Source: an uncultured Gemmatimonadales bacterium
Lineage (GTDB): Bacteria; Gemmatimonadota; Gemmatimonadetes; Gemmatimonadales; GWC2-71-9
Assembly: GCA_963826065.1 (NCBI GenBank)
Contig: CAWGVP010000006.1
Span: 213,961-277,960, forward strand
Length of the DNA: 64,000 bases
Reading direction: 5' to 3'
The notes beneath the pieces were generated by a model. The model did no database searches and was not told the DNA's origin. It saw only the letters and a list, made by a program, of their open reading frames with translations. The translations under genes were made by a program, and so were the position numbers. Positions within the stretch are counted from its first letter, which is position 1; each line of letters begins with the position of its first letter. This document shows, in pieces, positions 40,453-49,603 of this stretch.

Positions 40453-41364
40453 CTGCTGACCGCCACGTTTCTCGGGACCGGCGCCGCCACGCCGACGATC
40501 GACCGCAACGTCGCGGGGCTCGCCGTCCAGCGCGAAGGAGAGACCATTCTCTTCGACTGCGGCGAGGGCAACCAGCGGCAGATGATGCGGTACGGGGTCG
40601 GCTTTTCGTTCACCGAGATCTTCTTCAGCCACTACCACGCCGACCATATCCTGGGCGTGACCGGGCTGCTGCGGACCATGGGACTTCAGGACCGCTCCGC
40701 CGCCGTCACCCTCTACGGCCCGCGTGGCGCCTCGCGCATCCTCGGCGCGGCCATCTCCCTGGGCATCGAGCGCAACAAGTTTCCGGTCGAGATCCGTGAG
40801 ATCCGCCCGGGCGACCGGCTGGCCCGCGAGGAGTACGACATCGTGGTGTTCGAGACCGAGCACCGGCCCGACACGGTGGGGTACGCCCTGGTGGAGCATA
40901 CCCGGCTCGGCAGGTTCCATCCCGAGCGGGCGCGGGAGCTGGGCGTGCCGGAGGGACCGCTCTGGGGCCGGCTGCACAAGGGTGAGACCATCGTGCTCGA
41001 CGACGGCCGCCGCATCGCGCCGGCCGACCTGGTGGGCTCCCCCCGCCGCGGGCGCACGCTGGTGTACACCGGCGACACCCGCCCCAGCCTCGCGGTCGTC
41101 GAGGCGGCGCGGGGCGCGGATCTCCTGATCCACGAGGCCACCTTCGGCAGCGACGAGCTGGAGCGGGCCAAGGAGACCGGACACTCCACGGCGGCGGAGG
41201 CCGCACGGGTCGCCGTCGAAGCCGGGGTCGGCCGGCTGGTGCTCACCCACATCAGCCCTCGCTATACCCGGGATGCGCCCGAGCTGCTGGCGGAGGCGCG
41301 GGCCGTGTTTCCCGAGACGATCGTCGCTCGGGACGGGCTGGTGGTGGACGTGCCGTTCGCGTAG
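40453..41364 (+). CDS. rnz: Ribonuclease Z (non-canonical or uncertain start)
   Basis: TFLGTG..P...RN, FDCGEG, SHYHADH, GDTRP, HEAT, GHST, THIS; no in-frame ATG/GTG/TTG before the first motif. Confidence 0.9.
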   Translation: MLTATFLGTGAATPTIDRNVAGLAVQREGETILFDCGEGNQRQMMRYGVGFSFTEIFFSHYHADHILGVTGLLRTMGLQDRSAAVTLYGPRGASRILGAAISLGIERNKFPVEIREIRPGDRLAREEYDIVVFETEHRPDTVGYALVEHTRLGRFHPERARELGVPEGPLWGRLHKGETIVLDDGRRIAPADLVGSPRRGRTLVYTGDTRPSLAVVEAARGADLLIHEATFGSDELERAKETGHSTAAEAARVAVEAGVGRLVLTHISPRYTRDAPELLAEARAVFPETIVARDGLVVDVPFA

Positions 41365-41398
41365 TAGGGGGCATTCGGTCGTGTGTCATCGGCTCGTG

Positions 41399-41465
41399 TG
41401 TCATCCTGAGCGCAGCGAAGGAGGCCATGCAGGGCTTCGGCTCCTTCGCTTCGCTCAGGATGACA
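41399..41465. repeat. REP-like inverted doublet (locus D)
   Basis: TGTCATCCTGAGCGCAGCGAAGGAG 41399-41423 and CTCCTTCGCTTCGCTCAGGATGACA 41441-41465. Confidence 0.95.
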
Positions 41466-41486
41466 TCACATTACCGGGAGGCTCCG

Positions 41487-42116
41487 ATGCCGATGCGTTC
41501 GGCCGGCTACGAGATCGCGCTTCTGGTGTCGCTCGCCGCCGTGCTGGCCTGGTCGGGCATCGCGCCCCACGATCGCTTCACCTGGATGCTCGAAGTGGCC
41601 CCGGTGCTGATCGGCGTGCCCATCCTGATCTACGTCTGGCCCGCCTTTCGCTTGACCCGCCTGGTGTACACCCTGCTCTGGATTCACGCGATCATCCTGA
41701 TGGTCGGCGGCAAGTACACCTACGCCGAGGTGCCGCTCGGCTTCTGGCTCCAGGACATGTTCGGCTTCGCGCGCAATCACTACGACCGGATCGGCCACTT
41801 CGCCCAGGGTTTCATCCCGGCGATGCTCGCCCGCGAGATCCTGATTCGCCGGTCACCGCTGCGGGGGAGCCGCTGGCTGCCGTTCGTGGTGGTGTGCTTC
41901 TGCCTGGCATTCAGTGCACTGTACGAGCTGATCGAGTTCTGGACGGCGCTGGCCACGGGCGAGGCGGCGGAGGCGTTTCTGGGGACTCAGGGCGACGTGT
42001 GGGACACCCAATGGGATATGCAGATGGCGTTGGTGGGAGCGGTGGTCGCCCTGGCGACCCTGTCCCGCATTCATGACGGCGAGCTGACTCGCGACGGTCC
42101 GCCCTCGGCGGCGTGA
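41487..42116 (+). CDS. DUF2238 (YjdF-like) membrane protein
   Basis: DRFTWMLE, YTYAEVP, RNHYDRIGH, FLGTQGDVWDTQWDM. Confidence 0.92.
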   Translation: MPMRSAGYEIALLVSLAAVLAWSGIAPHDRFTWMLEVAPVLIGVPILIYVWPAFRLTRLVYTLLWIHAIILMVGGKYTYAEVPLGFWLQDMFGFARNHYDRIGHFAQGFIPAMLAREILIRRSPLRGSRWLPFVVVCFCLAFSALYELIEFWTALATGEAAEAFLGTQGDVWDTQWDMQMALVGAVVALATLSRIHDGELTRDGPPSAA

Positions 42117-43537
42117 ACGATGCGGCGCAGCATTCCCGCGAAGATCAGTCGGTGGACCCCCCAGAGCCCATACCAGTAGAGCAGCCCTCCCACCCCCACC
42201 GGATCGAAGAGTGCCGTCTGGCGAATCAGGCTCCCGGCTCCTTCGGGGGTGACCTCGAACTGCAGCCAGGCACGACCGGGAAGACGCATCTCCGCCGCCA
42301 GTCTCAGGAGTCTGTCGGGCTCGACTCCTTCTACGCGCCAGAAATCCAGTGTATCGCCCACCTCCACTGCTTCCGGGTCACGACGGCCGCGCCGCAATCC
42401 GGGCCCGCCCACGGCGATGTCGAGCAGTCCGCGCAAGCGCCAGAGAGGGTTCCCGAAGTACCAGCCGGCGTCGCCACCGATCCGCGCGATGGGGCGGAAG
42501 GCCTGGTGAGGAGGCCGATCCACCCATGCCGTCCGCGAGTCGACCCGGCGTGATCCGAACCGGACGCCCCCCCACCCCCTGGGCGCGCGCTGAGACGAGA
42601 GTGCGTCGGACCAACGGGTGGCGGCGAATCCCAGGTCCTCATTGACCAGCGCCCGGGCCAGCGCTTCGCGGATCCCCCTGGGCCGAACGCTGAAATCGCG
42701 CGTGGCACGGTCGTCCCGAACCACGGTCTCGTTGCGCACGCCGTCGATCAGCTCTCGGCCTACCCGCGCGTACACCGGCGACACCAGTGCCAGCCACAGG
42801 CTGGAGAGCCGGGGGGTGAGGAGCGGGACCGGGAGCATCACACGTCGCAGCCCCCTGAGCCTAGCGTACTCCCGCATGAGGTCGCCGTAGGAGACCCGGT
42901 CGGGGCCACCGATCTCGTAGACGGCACTCTCGCCGGCGGGCAGGTCGAGCGCGGCGAGCAGGTAGGCCACGAGGTCCTCGATACCGATGGGTTGGGTGGG
43001 CGTGTCCACCCAGCTCGGGGTCACCATCGCCGGAAGCTTCTCAACCAGTGCGCGAACCAGCTCGAAGGAAAGGCTTCCCGATCCGATCACGATCGAGGCC
43101 CGGAACTCGACGGTGGGAACACCGGACTGGCGGAGGATCCTGCCCACCTCCTGCCGGCTGGCGAGGTGCCGGGACAGTCGCTCCCCCTGGCCCAGGCCGC
43201 CGAGGTAGACGATGCGGCTCACTTGGGCATCTCGTGCCGCGCGAGCGAACGACTCGGCGCCCTTCCGGTCGTTCTCCGCATAGTCGCGGGAAGAAGCCAT
43301 GGAGTGGATCAGATAGTACGCGGTATGCACGCCGCGAAGCGCCGCTGCCAGCGAGTCGGGGTCGTGCACGTCTCCCGCGACCACCTCTGTGGATGGTGCG
43401 CCCCGCGAGCGCAGGTAGTCCGGCCGGCGGGCCATGCAGCGGAGCGGACGCCGGTCGGCCTCGAGTGCTCGGCGGAGCCGCCCACCGACGTAGCCGCTGG
43501 CACCCGTGAGCAGGGTAAGGCCGGCAGCGGCCCTCAT
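42071..43537 (-). CDS. NAD(P)-binding SDR-like protein with DUF2867 (YbjT-like)
   Basis: TGASGYVG, HLASRQEV, GSGSLSFE, DFWRVE, AEMRLPGRAWL. Confidence 0.9.
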   Translation of the reverse strand: MRAAAGLTLLTGASGYVGGRLRRALEADRRPLRCMARRPDYLRSRGAPSTEVVAGDVHDPDSLAAALRGVHTAYYLIHSMASSRDYAENDRKGAESFARAARDAQVSRIVYLGGLGQGERLSRHLASRQEVGRILRQSGVPTVEFRASIVIGSGSLSFELVRALVEKLPAMVTPSWVDTPTQPIGIEDLVAYLLAALDLPAGESAVYEIGGPDRVSYGDLMREYARLRGLRRVMLPVPLLTPRLSSLWLALVSPVYARVGRELIDGVRNETVVRDDRATRDFSVRPRGIREALARALVNEDLGFAATRWSDALSSQRAPRGWGGVRFGSRRVDSRTAWVDRPPHQAFRPIARIGGDAGWYFGNPLWRLRGLLDIAVGGPGLRRGRRDPEAVEVGDTLDFWRVEGVEPDRLLRLAAEMRLPGRAWLQFEVTPEGAGSLIRQTALFDPVGVGGLLYWYGLWGVHRLIFAGMLRRIVHAAEGGPSRVSSPS

Positions 43538-44520
43538 GCGGCCGCCTCGGTGGCCAGCCGGCGGAGCAGGGCTCGGAGCTCGGCCAACGACTCCATCACC
43601 AGCGCACCTTCCGCCGCCGCCTCCGTGCGGATCTCGGACGCGGCGGCGCCTCCCACGAGCAGCGGGACTTCCTCCGGAAGAGCCGTGCGGATCTCCCGCA
43701 GGGCTGCCAGCAGATCAGGCGCTTCAGTCACATAGACGGCGCTGATCGCGACGGCTCGTGCGGCTGTCACCCGGGCCGCGGTCACCAGGTCCGCCACCGG
43801 CAGGTCAGCCCCGAGATACGTCACACCCCACCCCTCGGCGGCGGCGCTCGCCGCCACCATCAGTGCTCCCAGCTCGTGCACCTGGGTCGGTGGCGTGGCC
43901 ACCACGAGTCGCGGAGCGCCGTCTTTCACCTCGTACACCCGGAAGAGCCAGCCCAGCACCCGACGAAAGACGGCCGTCGCCATGTGCTCCTGCCCAACCG
44001 AGACCGTCCGCTCGGCCCAGCCGTGCCCGATCCGCGCGAGTGTGGGTGCTACGACCTCGTCGATGAAGACCGGCACGCCGAGAGTGACCGCGGCGCGCTC
44101 GAGCACCGCCTGGAGCTCGACTGCGTCGAGCCGAGCCGTCGCCTGCATGGCCGCGGCAATCGAGTCCTGGACTTTCCCTGCGCGCACCTGGCCGGCCTCA
44201 TCCATCCCAGCCACGTGGCCTTCCATCAAAGCAGCGCGGTCCAGCTCGGCGGCGGTCTCTTCGTCGAGCCGGGCGAGCTGGGCGAGCGGGAGTGAGGCGA
44301 TCCGGCGGATGGCGTGACCCCGGTCGGTGAGCCGCCGGAGCCGGACGAGGCGCTCGATGTCCAGATCGGAGTAGAGGCGTTGCCCTCCCTCGGTCCGGGT
44401 CGGGCTCACCACGCCATACCGCCGCTCCCAGGCTCGGAGCACGTGTGGCGACAGCCCTGTTCGCACCGAAACGAGGCGGACGGGGTAGCGAGGTGTCTGG
44501 GCATCCACAGGGTTCGTCAC
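43534..44520 (-). CDS. MerR-family regulator with cobalamin-binding domain (CarH/LitR-like)
   Basis: LRAWERRYG..P.RTEGGQRLY; W-x9-EH (WAERTVSVGQEH); QVHELG...YLGADLP. Confidence 0.9.
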   Translation of the reverse strand: MTNPVDAQTPRYPVRLVSVRTGLSPHVLRAWERRYGVVSPTRTEGGQRLYSDLDIERLVRLRRLTDRGHAIRRIASLPLAQLARLDEETAAELDRAALMEGHVAGMDEAGQVRAGKVQDSIAAAMQATARLDAVELQAVLERAAVTLGVPVFIDEVVAPTLARIGHGWAERTVSVGQEHMATAVFRRVLGWLFRVYEVKDGAPRLVVATPPTQVHELGALMVAASAAAEGWGVTYLGADLPVADLVTAARVTAARAVAISAVYVTEAPDLLAALREIRTALPEEVPLLVGGAAASEIRTEAAAEGALVMESLAELRALLRRLATEAAA

Positions 44521-44528
44521 GGCATCAC

Positions 44529-44623
44529 AGTATAAGATTGTCTAGGTATTGTCAAGTTAACTACTTAGACGAAACCTTGACAATCGGCAATTTTGGTTTA
44601 GTTTGTTGGACAGGCATTAGACA
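44529..44623. promoter_or_regulatory. Divergent promoter region with three pairs of 11-bp-spaced TnGACA repeats (putative CarH-type operator)
   Basis: Minus strand TTGACA 44555 and TAGACA 44544; plus strand TAGACG 44566 and TTGACA 44577; TGGACA 44607 and TAGACA 44618; candidate -10 boxes TATACT (minus) and TAGTTT (plus). Confidence 0.7.
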
Positions 44624-44650
44624 ACGCACACACCCACCTGTGAGGATGAT

Positions 44651-44869
44651 ATGAAAAAGCTGGACGTAGCCGCCGCCGTGCTTCTGGTCGTAGGCGGCCT
44701 GAACTGGGGCGTGGTAGGGGTGACCGGCTCGGATCTCGTGGGGACGATCTTCGGCAACCTGAGTCCGGTGAGCCGTGCGATCTACCTCCTCGTCGGCGTT
44801 GCCGCGCTGTATCAGGCGGTCCAGTGGAAGGCCATCCAGCATCGCTGGCAGCCCGCCTTCGCCAAATAG
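44651..44869 (+). CDS. DUF378 family small membrane protein
   Basis: LLVVGGLNWG.VG...DLV..IFG...SRAIYLLVG. Confidence 0.9.
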   Translation: MKKLDVAAAVLLVVGGLNWGVVGVTGSDLVGTIFGNLSPVSRAIYLLVGVAALYQAVQWKAIQHRWQPAFAK

Positions 44870-44911
44870 GTCACCGGGAAGTTCCATAACCTCGACATCG
44901 AAGGTGCACTC

Positions 44912-45601
44912 ATGAAGCTGAATTTCCTGACACTGTTGCTCGCCGCGACCGCGATGACGGCCGCATGCGACGACGACGACAACACCGGACCGGAGGGCGA
45001 GGCGAGAGTACGCGTGGTGCACGCCTCCCCCGACGCCCCCGACGTGGACGTCCTGGTAGACGGTTCGCCGGTGCTGACCGACGTACCGTACCTCGCGACC
45101 TCGGACTATCTCGAGGTGGCGCCCGGCCCGCGGAACCTCAAGGTCAACGCGGCGGGGACTGCCACCTCGGTGATCGACGCGGACGTAAATCTGGTGGACG
45201 GGACCGACTACACCGTCATCGCCAGCGGACTGGCCGCCGAGATAGAGCCCCTCGTGCTGGAGGATGACAGCAGCGAGCCCGCCGAGGGCCTCGCCCGGGT
45301 TCGGGCGATCCATGGGGCAGCCAGCGCGCCGGCGGTGGACATCTACGTGACCGCACCAGACGCGGATCTCACCGCCGAGAATCCGGCCCTCACCAACATC
45401 GTGCTGGGCGACGTAGCCGACTACATCGAGGCGCCGGCGGGCGATTACCAGGTGCGGGTCACCACAACCGGTACGAAGACCGTGGTGATCGACAGCGGCA
45501 CGCTGACCCTGGAGAGCGGGCAGGTCCGAACGGCGATCGCGGTCGACGCACCGGGAGGCGGAGCGCCGTTCGACCTGCTGATCCTCGAGGATCTGAACTA
45601 A
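44912..45601 (+). CDS. DUF4397 lipoprotein
   Basis: Lipobox TAAC; repeated VRVVHASPDAPDVDV / VRAIHGAASAPAVDIY. Confidence 0.88.
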   Translation: MKLNFLTLLLAATAMTAACDDDDNTGPEGEARVRVVHASPDAPDVDVLVDGSPVLTDVPYLATSDYLEVAPGPRNLKVNAAGTATSVIDADVNLVDGTDYTVIASGLAAEIEPLVLEDDSSEPAEGLARVRAIHGAASAPAVDIYVTAPDADLTAENPALTNIVLGDVADYIEAPAGDYQVRVTTTGTKTVVIDSGTLTLESGQVRTAIAVDAPGGGAPFDLLILEDLN

Positions 45602-45624
45602 TGATCACATACGGGAGCACGACA

Positions 45625-46200
45625 ATGAGAAGGATCCGTACCGGGGCTGCCGCTTTCTCCGGACTATTCCTCTTCGGCATCGCTTCCACCGCCCAGGCGC
45701 AGTGGTCCGAGCGGGGGGCCACGATCGAGGCGCGAGGCGGGCTCAACGTTCCGACGTTCGATATCTCCGATGCCGTGGATGCGGGGCCGAGCTTCGGAGT
45801 GGGCGCCGCGGTGCGGTTCGCGCCGAAGGTGTGGCTGATGGGTGACGTGGACCTCGGCTTCCACTCGGGGGCCGAAGTCGGTGGCCTGGCAGAGGGTCCG
45901 GACGTGAAGGTCTATCACTACGTCGCCAAGCTGGGCTACGAGCTGCTCTCCGAAGGGCAGTCGCCATGGTCCGTCATCGTGAACGCCGGAGCCGGCGCCC
46001 TGACGTTCGATGTGGACAACGCCGGATCGAACACCTATCCGGCGATCAACGTCGGGGCCAAGATCGCCTATCGGCTGAGCCCGAGGGTACACCTGCTGCT
46101 CAGCCCCCAGGGCGACATCGCCTTCACCAAGGACGACGAAGTGGGGACGACCAACGCCTGGGTCTGGCCCTTCACGGCGGGTATTCGGGTCGGACTGTAG
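45625..46200 (+). CDS. Outer-membrane beta-barrel protein
   Basis: Signal peptide (AQA), amphipathic strands, C-terminal PFTAGIRVGL; RBS GGGAG. Confidence 0.78.
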   Translation: MRRIRTGAAAFSGLFLFGIASTAQAQWSERGATIEARGGLNVPTFDISDAVDAGPSFGVGAAVRFAPKVWLMGDVDLGFHSGAEVGGLAEGPDVKVYHYVAKLGYELLSEGQSPWSVIVNAGAGALTFDVDNAGSNTYPAINVGAKIAYRLSPRVHLLLSPQGDIAFTKDDEVGTTNAWVWPFTAGIRVGL

Positions 46201-46259
46201 TTACCCGGCATCCGCAGCAGGCTTGGCACCGAATGCGACGGCGACTACCATGCAGCCGA

Positions 46260-47450
46260 ATGCTTCGCTTCGCGCTCGGTGCCCTATCGCTCATCGTGTA
46301 CTCGGCCACCGGGTGCGGAGACTCTCCGCGCACGGTGGCCGCGGTGCGTGACTCCACTCCCACCGCGCCCGAGCCTCCAAAACCCAAGGTCTGGGAGCCA
46401 CGACCGGTGGTAGCGCCTCGTGCCACCTCCGCGGACAGTCTCACCGCCGACACGACCGCGGCGGATTCCCTCGCCGACACGACTGCACTCGCGCGCGACA
46501 CCGTCCCGGCCCGCCCCCGCGCGCGGGGCCCCCGACCGTTCGTGCTGAGCCCGGCCGACAGTGCCAAGTGGCCGGTGAAGGCGGCCGAGCCGTTGCCGGG
46601 ATCGCTGCTCCCGGATCACCGCATCATCGCGTACTACGGAAACCCGCGCTCCACCCGGATGGGCATCCTGGGGCAGGTCCCGCCGGACTCGATGCTGCCG
46701 CGGCTGGAGAAGGTCGCGATGCACTGGGCGCTGGCCGACCCGGAGCGGAAGGTGATGCCGGCGCTCCACCTGATCGTGACCGTGGCGCAGGGCAAGCCCG
46801 GGGCAGGGAACAAGTACCGGCTTCGCATGGGCGACAGCCTCATCAACCTGGTCTCGTCGTGGGCGGAGGAGCGGGGCTGGATCGTGTTCCTGGACATCCA
46901 GACGGGACACAGCACGGTGGAGGCGGAAATCGAGCCGCTGATTCCGTTTCTGAAGCGCCCCTACGTCCACCTGGCGCTGGATCCCGAGTTCGCCATGAAA
47001 GCCGGGGGAGTGCCCGGCAGGCGGATCGGCACGCTCGACGCGTCGGATGTGAACCACGCCATCGACGTGCTCGGGAAAGTCGTGACCGAGCACAAGCTGC
47101 CGCCCAAGGTACTGGTCGTGCACCGCTTCACCCGGAGGATGCTGACCAACACCGACAGCATCCGCCTGGACCCGCGGGTGCAGGTGGTGATCCAGATGGA
47201 CGGATTCGGGGCGCCCTATCTGAAGCAGGATGCCTACCGCTTCTGGATCTCGCCGCATCCGGTGCAGTACACCGGGTTCAAGCTGTTCTATAAGAACGAC
47301 CGCGACCAGCGGACCAAGGTGCCGGGTTTCGAGCCGAGCTGCGACCGGGTGACGTACGAGCTGGTGGGGTGCGGGGACGACGGGCTGATGACGCCGGAGC
47401 AGGTGATCGGCGGGCTGTATCCGGTGCCGCTGTACATACAGTACCAGTGA
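46260..47450 (+). CDS. Conserved hypothetical lipoprotein
   Basis: Lipobox ATGC, P/T-rich linker, IAYYGNP...MGILG, HLALDPEF, DGFG, GFKLFY; start uncertain. Confidence 0.78.
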   Translation: MLRFALGALSLIVYSATGCGDSPRTVAAVRDSTPTAPEPPKPKVWEPRPVVAPRATSADSLTADTTAADSLADTTALARDTVPARPRARGPRPFVLSPADSAKWPVKAAEPLPGSLLPDHRIIAYYGNPRSTRMGILGQVPPDSMLPRLEKVAMHWALADPERKVMPALHLIVTVAQGKPGAGNKYRLRMGDSLINLVSSWAEERGWIVFLDIQTGHSTVEAEIEPLIPFLKRPYVHLALDPEFAMKAGGVPGRRIGTLDASDVNHAIDVLGKVVTEHKLPPKVLVVHRFTRRMLTNTDSIRLDPRVQVVIQMDGFGAPYLKQDAYRFWISPHPVQYTGFKLFYKNDRDQRTKVPGFEPSCDRVTYELVGCGDDGLMTPEQVIGGLYPVPLYIQYQ

Positions 47451-47547
47451 AGCTCGTTGTCGTGTATCACCCTGAACGAAGTGAAGGGGGCCATCTCCGA
47501 GATGGCCCCCTTCGCTTCGCTCAGGGTGATACACGACAACGAGCTTC
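47449..47547. repeat. 99-bp near-perfect palindrome containing two REP-like arms (locus E)
   Basis: 49-bp arms around centre 47498 with two mismatches; between convergent genes. Confidence 0.95.
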
Positions 47548-47554
47548 GCTTCTC

Positions 47555-49249
47555 CTACATGCCCACGGCCAGCGGCTTCACGTCCGCCTTGTTCCAGATC
47601 TTCTTGTACTGCGCATCCACCTTCGCTGCTTCGGCGGACTTCTGCTGGGCCTCGAGGCTGCGGGCCAGTCCGTAGAGTGACCACCCGTTGTTCGGGTAGT
47701 GCACCAGGTCTTCACGGTACAGCTTCTCTGCCACCGGCGCGTGGCCCATCGCGAGGTGCACCGCGGCGAGCTCCTGCCGGATCGGGTGGTACCAGGCCGG
47801 CGGCTCATCGTAAAGTAATTCATCCTCGTGCGTGATGGCCTTCTCGAAGGCGGTGATCGCGGCGGCCGTATCGCCCCTGGCGAGCGCCAGCCGGCCGGCG
47901 AGGTGCTGCTCCGCGAGGGAGAGCAGCCGCTTCTGGGAGTTGATCCCCGCGCTCGCCTCCTTGGGCGTCGCCGCGGCGGTGGCCGTCACGCTGTCGAGCT
48001 CCGCTCTGGCCTCGTCGGTCCTGCCCTTCGCCGCGAGCGCGATGCCCCGGCTGTAGCGCCACATCGCCGTGGTGTACTTCAGCGACGTCGCCGGCGCCGG
48101 CTCGGCCAGCATCTCGTCGTACTTCCCGAACCGCACCAGGGTCCAGTAGGGCGGGGGGAAGTAGAGCTCGAGCGGCGGCACCGTCCCCACCACGTCCACC
48201 GGAATCACCTTCACCAGCTCCCGCGACGCATTGATGGCCTCCGCGCCCCGGCCGAGCTGGATCAGACCCATCCAGAGCATGTGCCAGTTGTGCGGGTAGT
48301 AGGTGTACTTGTAGAACCCGGTCGGCTTCCGGTCCTGGATGTAGGTCTGGTCCTCCGCCACCGCCTCGTGGTTGTGGTCGGCGACGAGGTCGTACCGCCC
48401 GACGCGCATGTAGATGTGCGAGGGCATGTGGACCAGGTGGCCCGCGCCGGGGATCTCCTCCGCCATCATGTCGGCGCAGGGGAGCGCGCGCTCCGGTGTG
48501 GTCGATGCCTCCACGATGTGGATGTAGAAGTGGCAGGCGCCGATGTGGGTCGGGTACTTCTTGATGCTGCGCTCCAGGGTGGCCACGGTCTCCAGCGTCC
48601 CCGCGCGGGGCCTGGTCCCCCGGGCATCCCAGTAGTTCCACGGGGTGAGGTCCATCAGCGCTTCGGCGTAGAGCGTCTGGGCCTCGGGGTCGTCGGGGTA
48701 CGTCTTGGCCACCGCCTTCATCGCCTTCGCGTATGCCGAATCGAGCGAGGCGCGGTTGGCCACCGGCCCGGGGCCGTAGCGCTTGGCCATCGCCTCGATC
48801 ATGTCACGCTCGTAGCGGGTGGCCTTGGGCGCCAGCCTCAGCGCCTTCTGGATCGCCTCGTAGGCCGGCCGGTAGGCGGCGGTGTCCATCGGGGCGTTGA
48901 TGTTGGGCCCCATGGCGTAGGCGATGCCCCACCAGCACATCGCGCAGGTGGAGTCGCGCTTGGTGGCCGCGGTGTATGAGGCGATCGCCTCGTCGTGATT
49001 GAACGCGTAGGTGAGCCGGAGGCCCTGGTCGAAGTACTTCTGGGCTTGGGCCGAGGCGGTGATCTTGTGGCTCAGGTCACCCAGGTTGTCGTACAGGGGC
49101 ACGGCGCTGTCGCCGCCCGTGGTGGTGGGCATGCCCGGCGCGTGGTGGTGGGGCTCCTGTGCGACGGCCGGGCGCCCGGCGAAGGCCACCGCGGTGAAGG
49201 CGGCGGCCCAGCCCAGGCCGAGCGACCGGCGGAACATCGTTTCCCGCAT
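47555..49249 (-). CDS. Exported TPR-containing protein
   Basis: AQKYFDQGL..YAFNH.EA, GHLVHMPSHIY, Y.EPP.W, PNNGWSL; RBS AAGGAGA. Confidence 0.85.
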   Translation of the reverse strand: MRETMFRRSLGLGWAAAFTAVAFAGRPAVAQEPHHHAPGMPTTTGGDSAVPLYDNLGDLSHKITASAQAQKYFDQGLRLTYAFNHDEAIASYTAATKRDSTCAMCWWGIAYAMGPNINAPMDTAAYRPAYEAIQKALRLAPKATRYERDMIEAMAKRYGPGPVANRASLDSAYAKAMKAVAKTYPDDPEAQTLYAEALMDLTPWNYWDARGTRPRAGTLETVATLERSIKKYPTHIGACHFYIHIVEASTTPERALPCADMMAEEIPGAGHLVHMPSHIYMRVGRYDLVADHNHEAVAEDQTYIQDRKPTGFYKYTYYPHNWHMLWMGLIQLGRGAEAINASRELVKVIPVDVVGTVPPLELYFPPPYWTLVRFGKYDEMLAEPAPATSLKYTTAMWRYSRGIALAAKGRTDEARAELDSVTATAAATPKEASAGINSQKRLLSLAEQHLAGRLALARGDTAAAITAFEKAITHEDELLYDEPPAWYHPIRQELAAVHLAMGHAPVAEKLYREDLVHYPNNGWSLYGLARSLEAQQKSAEAAKVDAQYKKIWNKADVKPLAVGM

Positions 49250-49492
49250 ACCGTCTCCTTGGGGAAAGTTGCGCGTCCACAACGGCTTCCCGGGCGGCGG
49301 CCGAGCTGCCGCGGCTCGACGCCCCTGGACGCACCGGGTATTGCGCATGGGGACGAGGGAACCGGACACCCGGTGCACCGGGGGTTCGGGTCGGCGGGCA
49401 CCCGCCGGTGGGACCAATCTAAGGAACGGGGCGGCCGGGCGCCGTAGGTCGGTTGATGGGAGGGGGTTGGCGTGCTACTTTTCCGGTCCTTC

Positions 49493-49565
49493 GGGGCTGT
49501 AGCTCAGCTGGGAGAGCGCTGCAATCGCACTGCAGAGGTCAGGGGTTCGATCCCCCTCAGCTCCA
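49493..49565 (+). tRNA. tRNA-Ala (CGC)
   Basis: GGGGCTG/CAGCTCC acceptor with G3:U70; anticodon arm CTGCA-AT-CGC-AC-TGCAG; GTTCGA T-loop; CCA not encoded. Confidence 0.97.
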
Positions 49566-49603
49566 TGGCGTCGTCCAGAGGCGTCACGATTGTTCGGTTT
49601 TTC

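Noticed and set aside
41427-41486. N-terminal extension of the DUF2238 gene, and short ORFs containing CHPERSEG or FASLR peptides
   Set aside because: These are translations of the REP arms; the RBS-supported start is 41487
46222-46240. TTGGCAC as a sigma-54 promoter
   Set aside because: GG-to-GC spacing is 8 nt rather than 10
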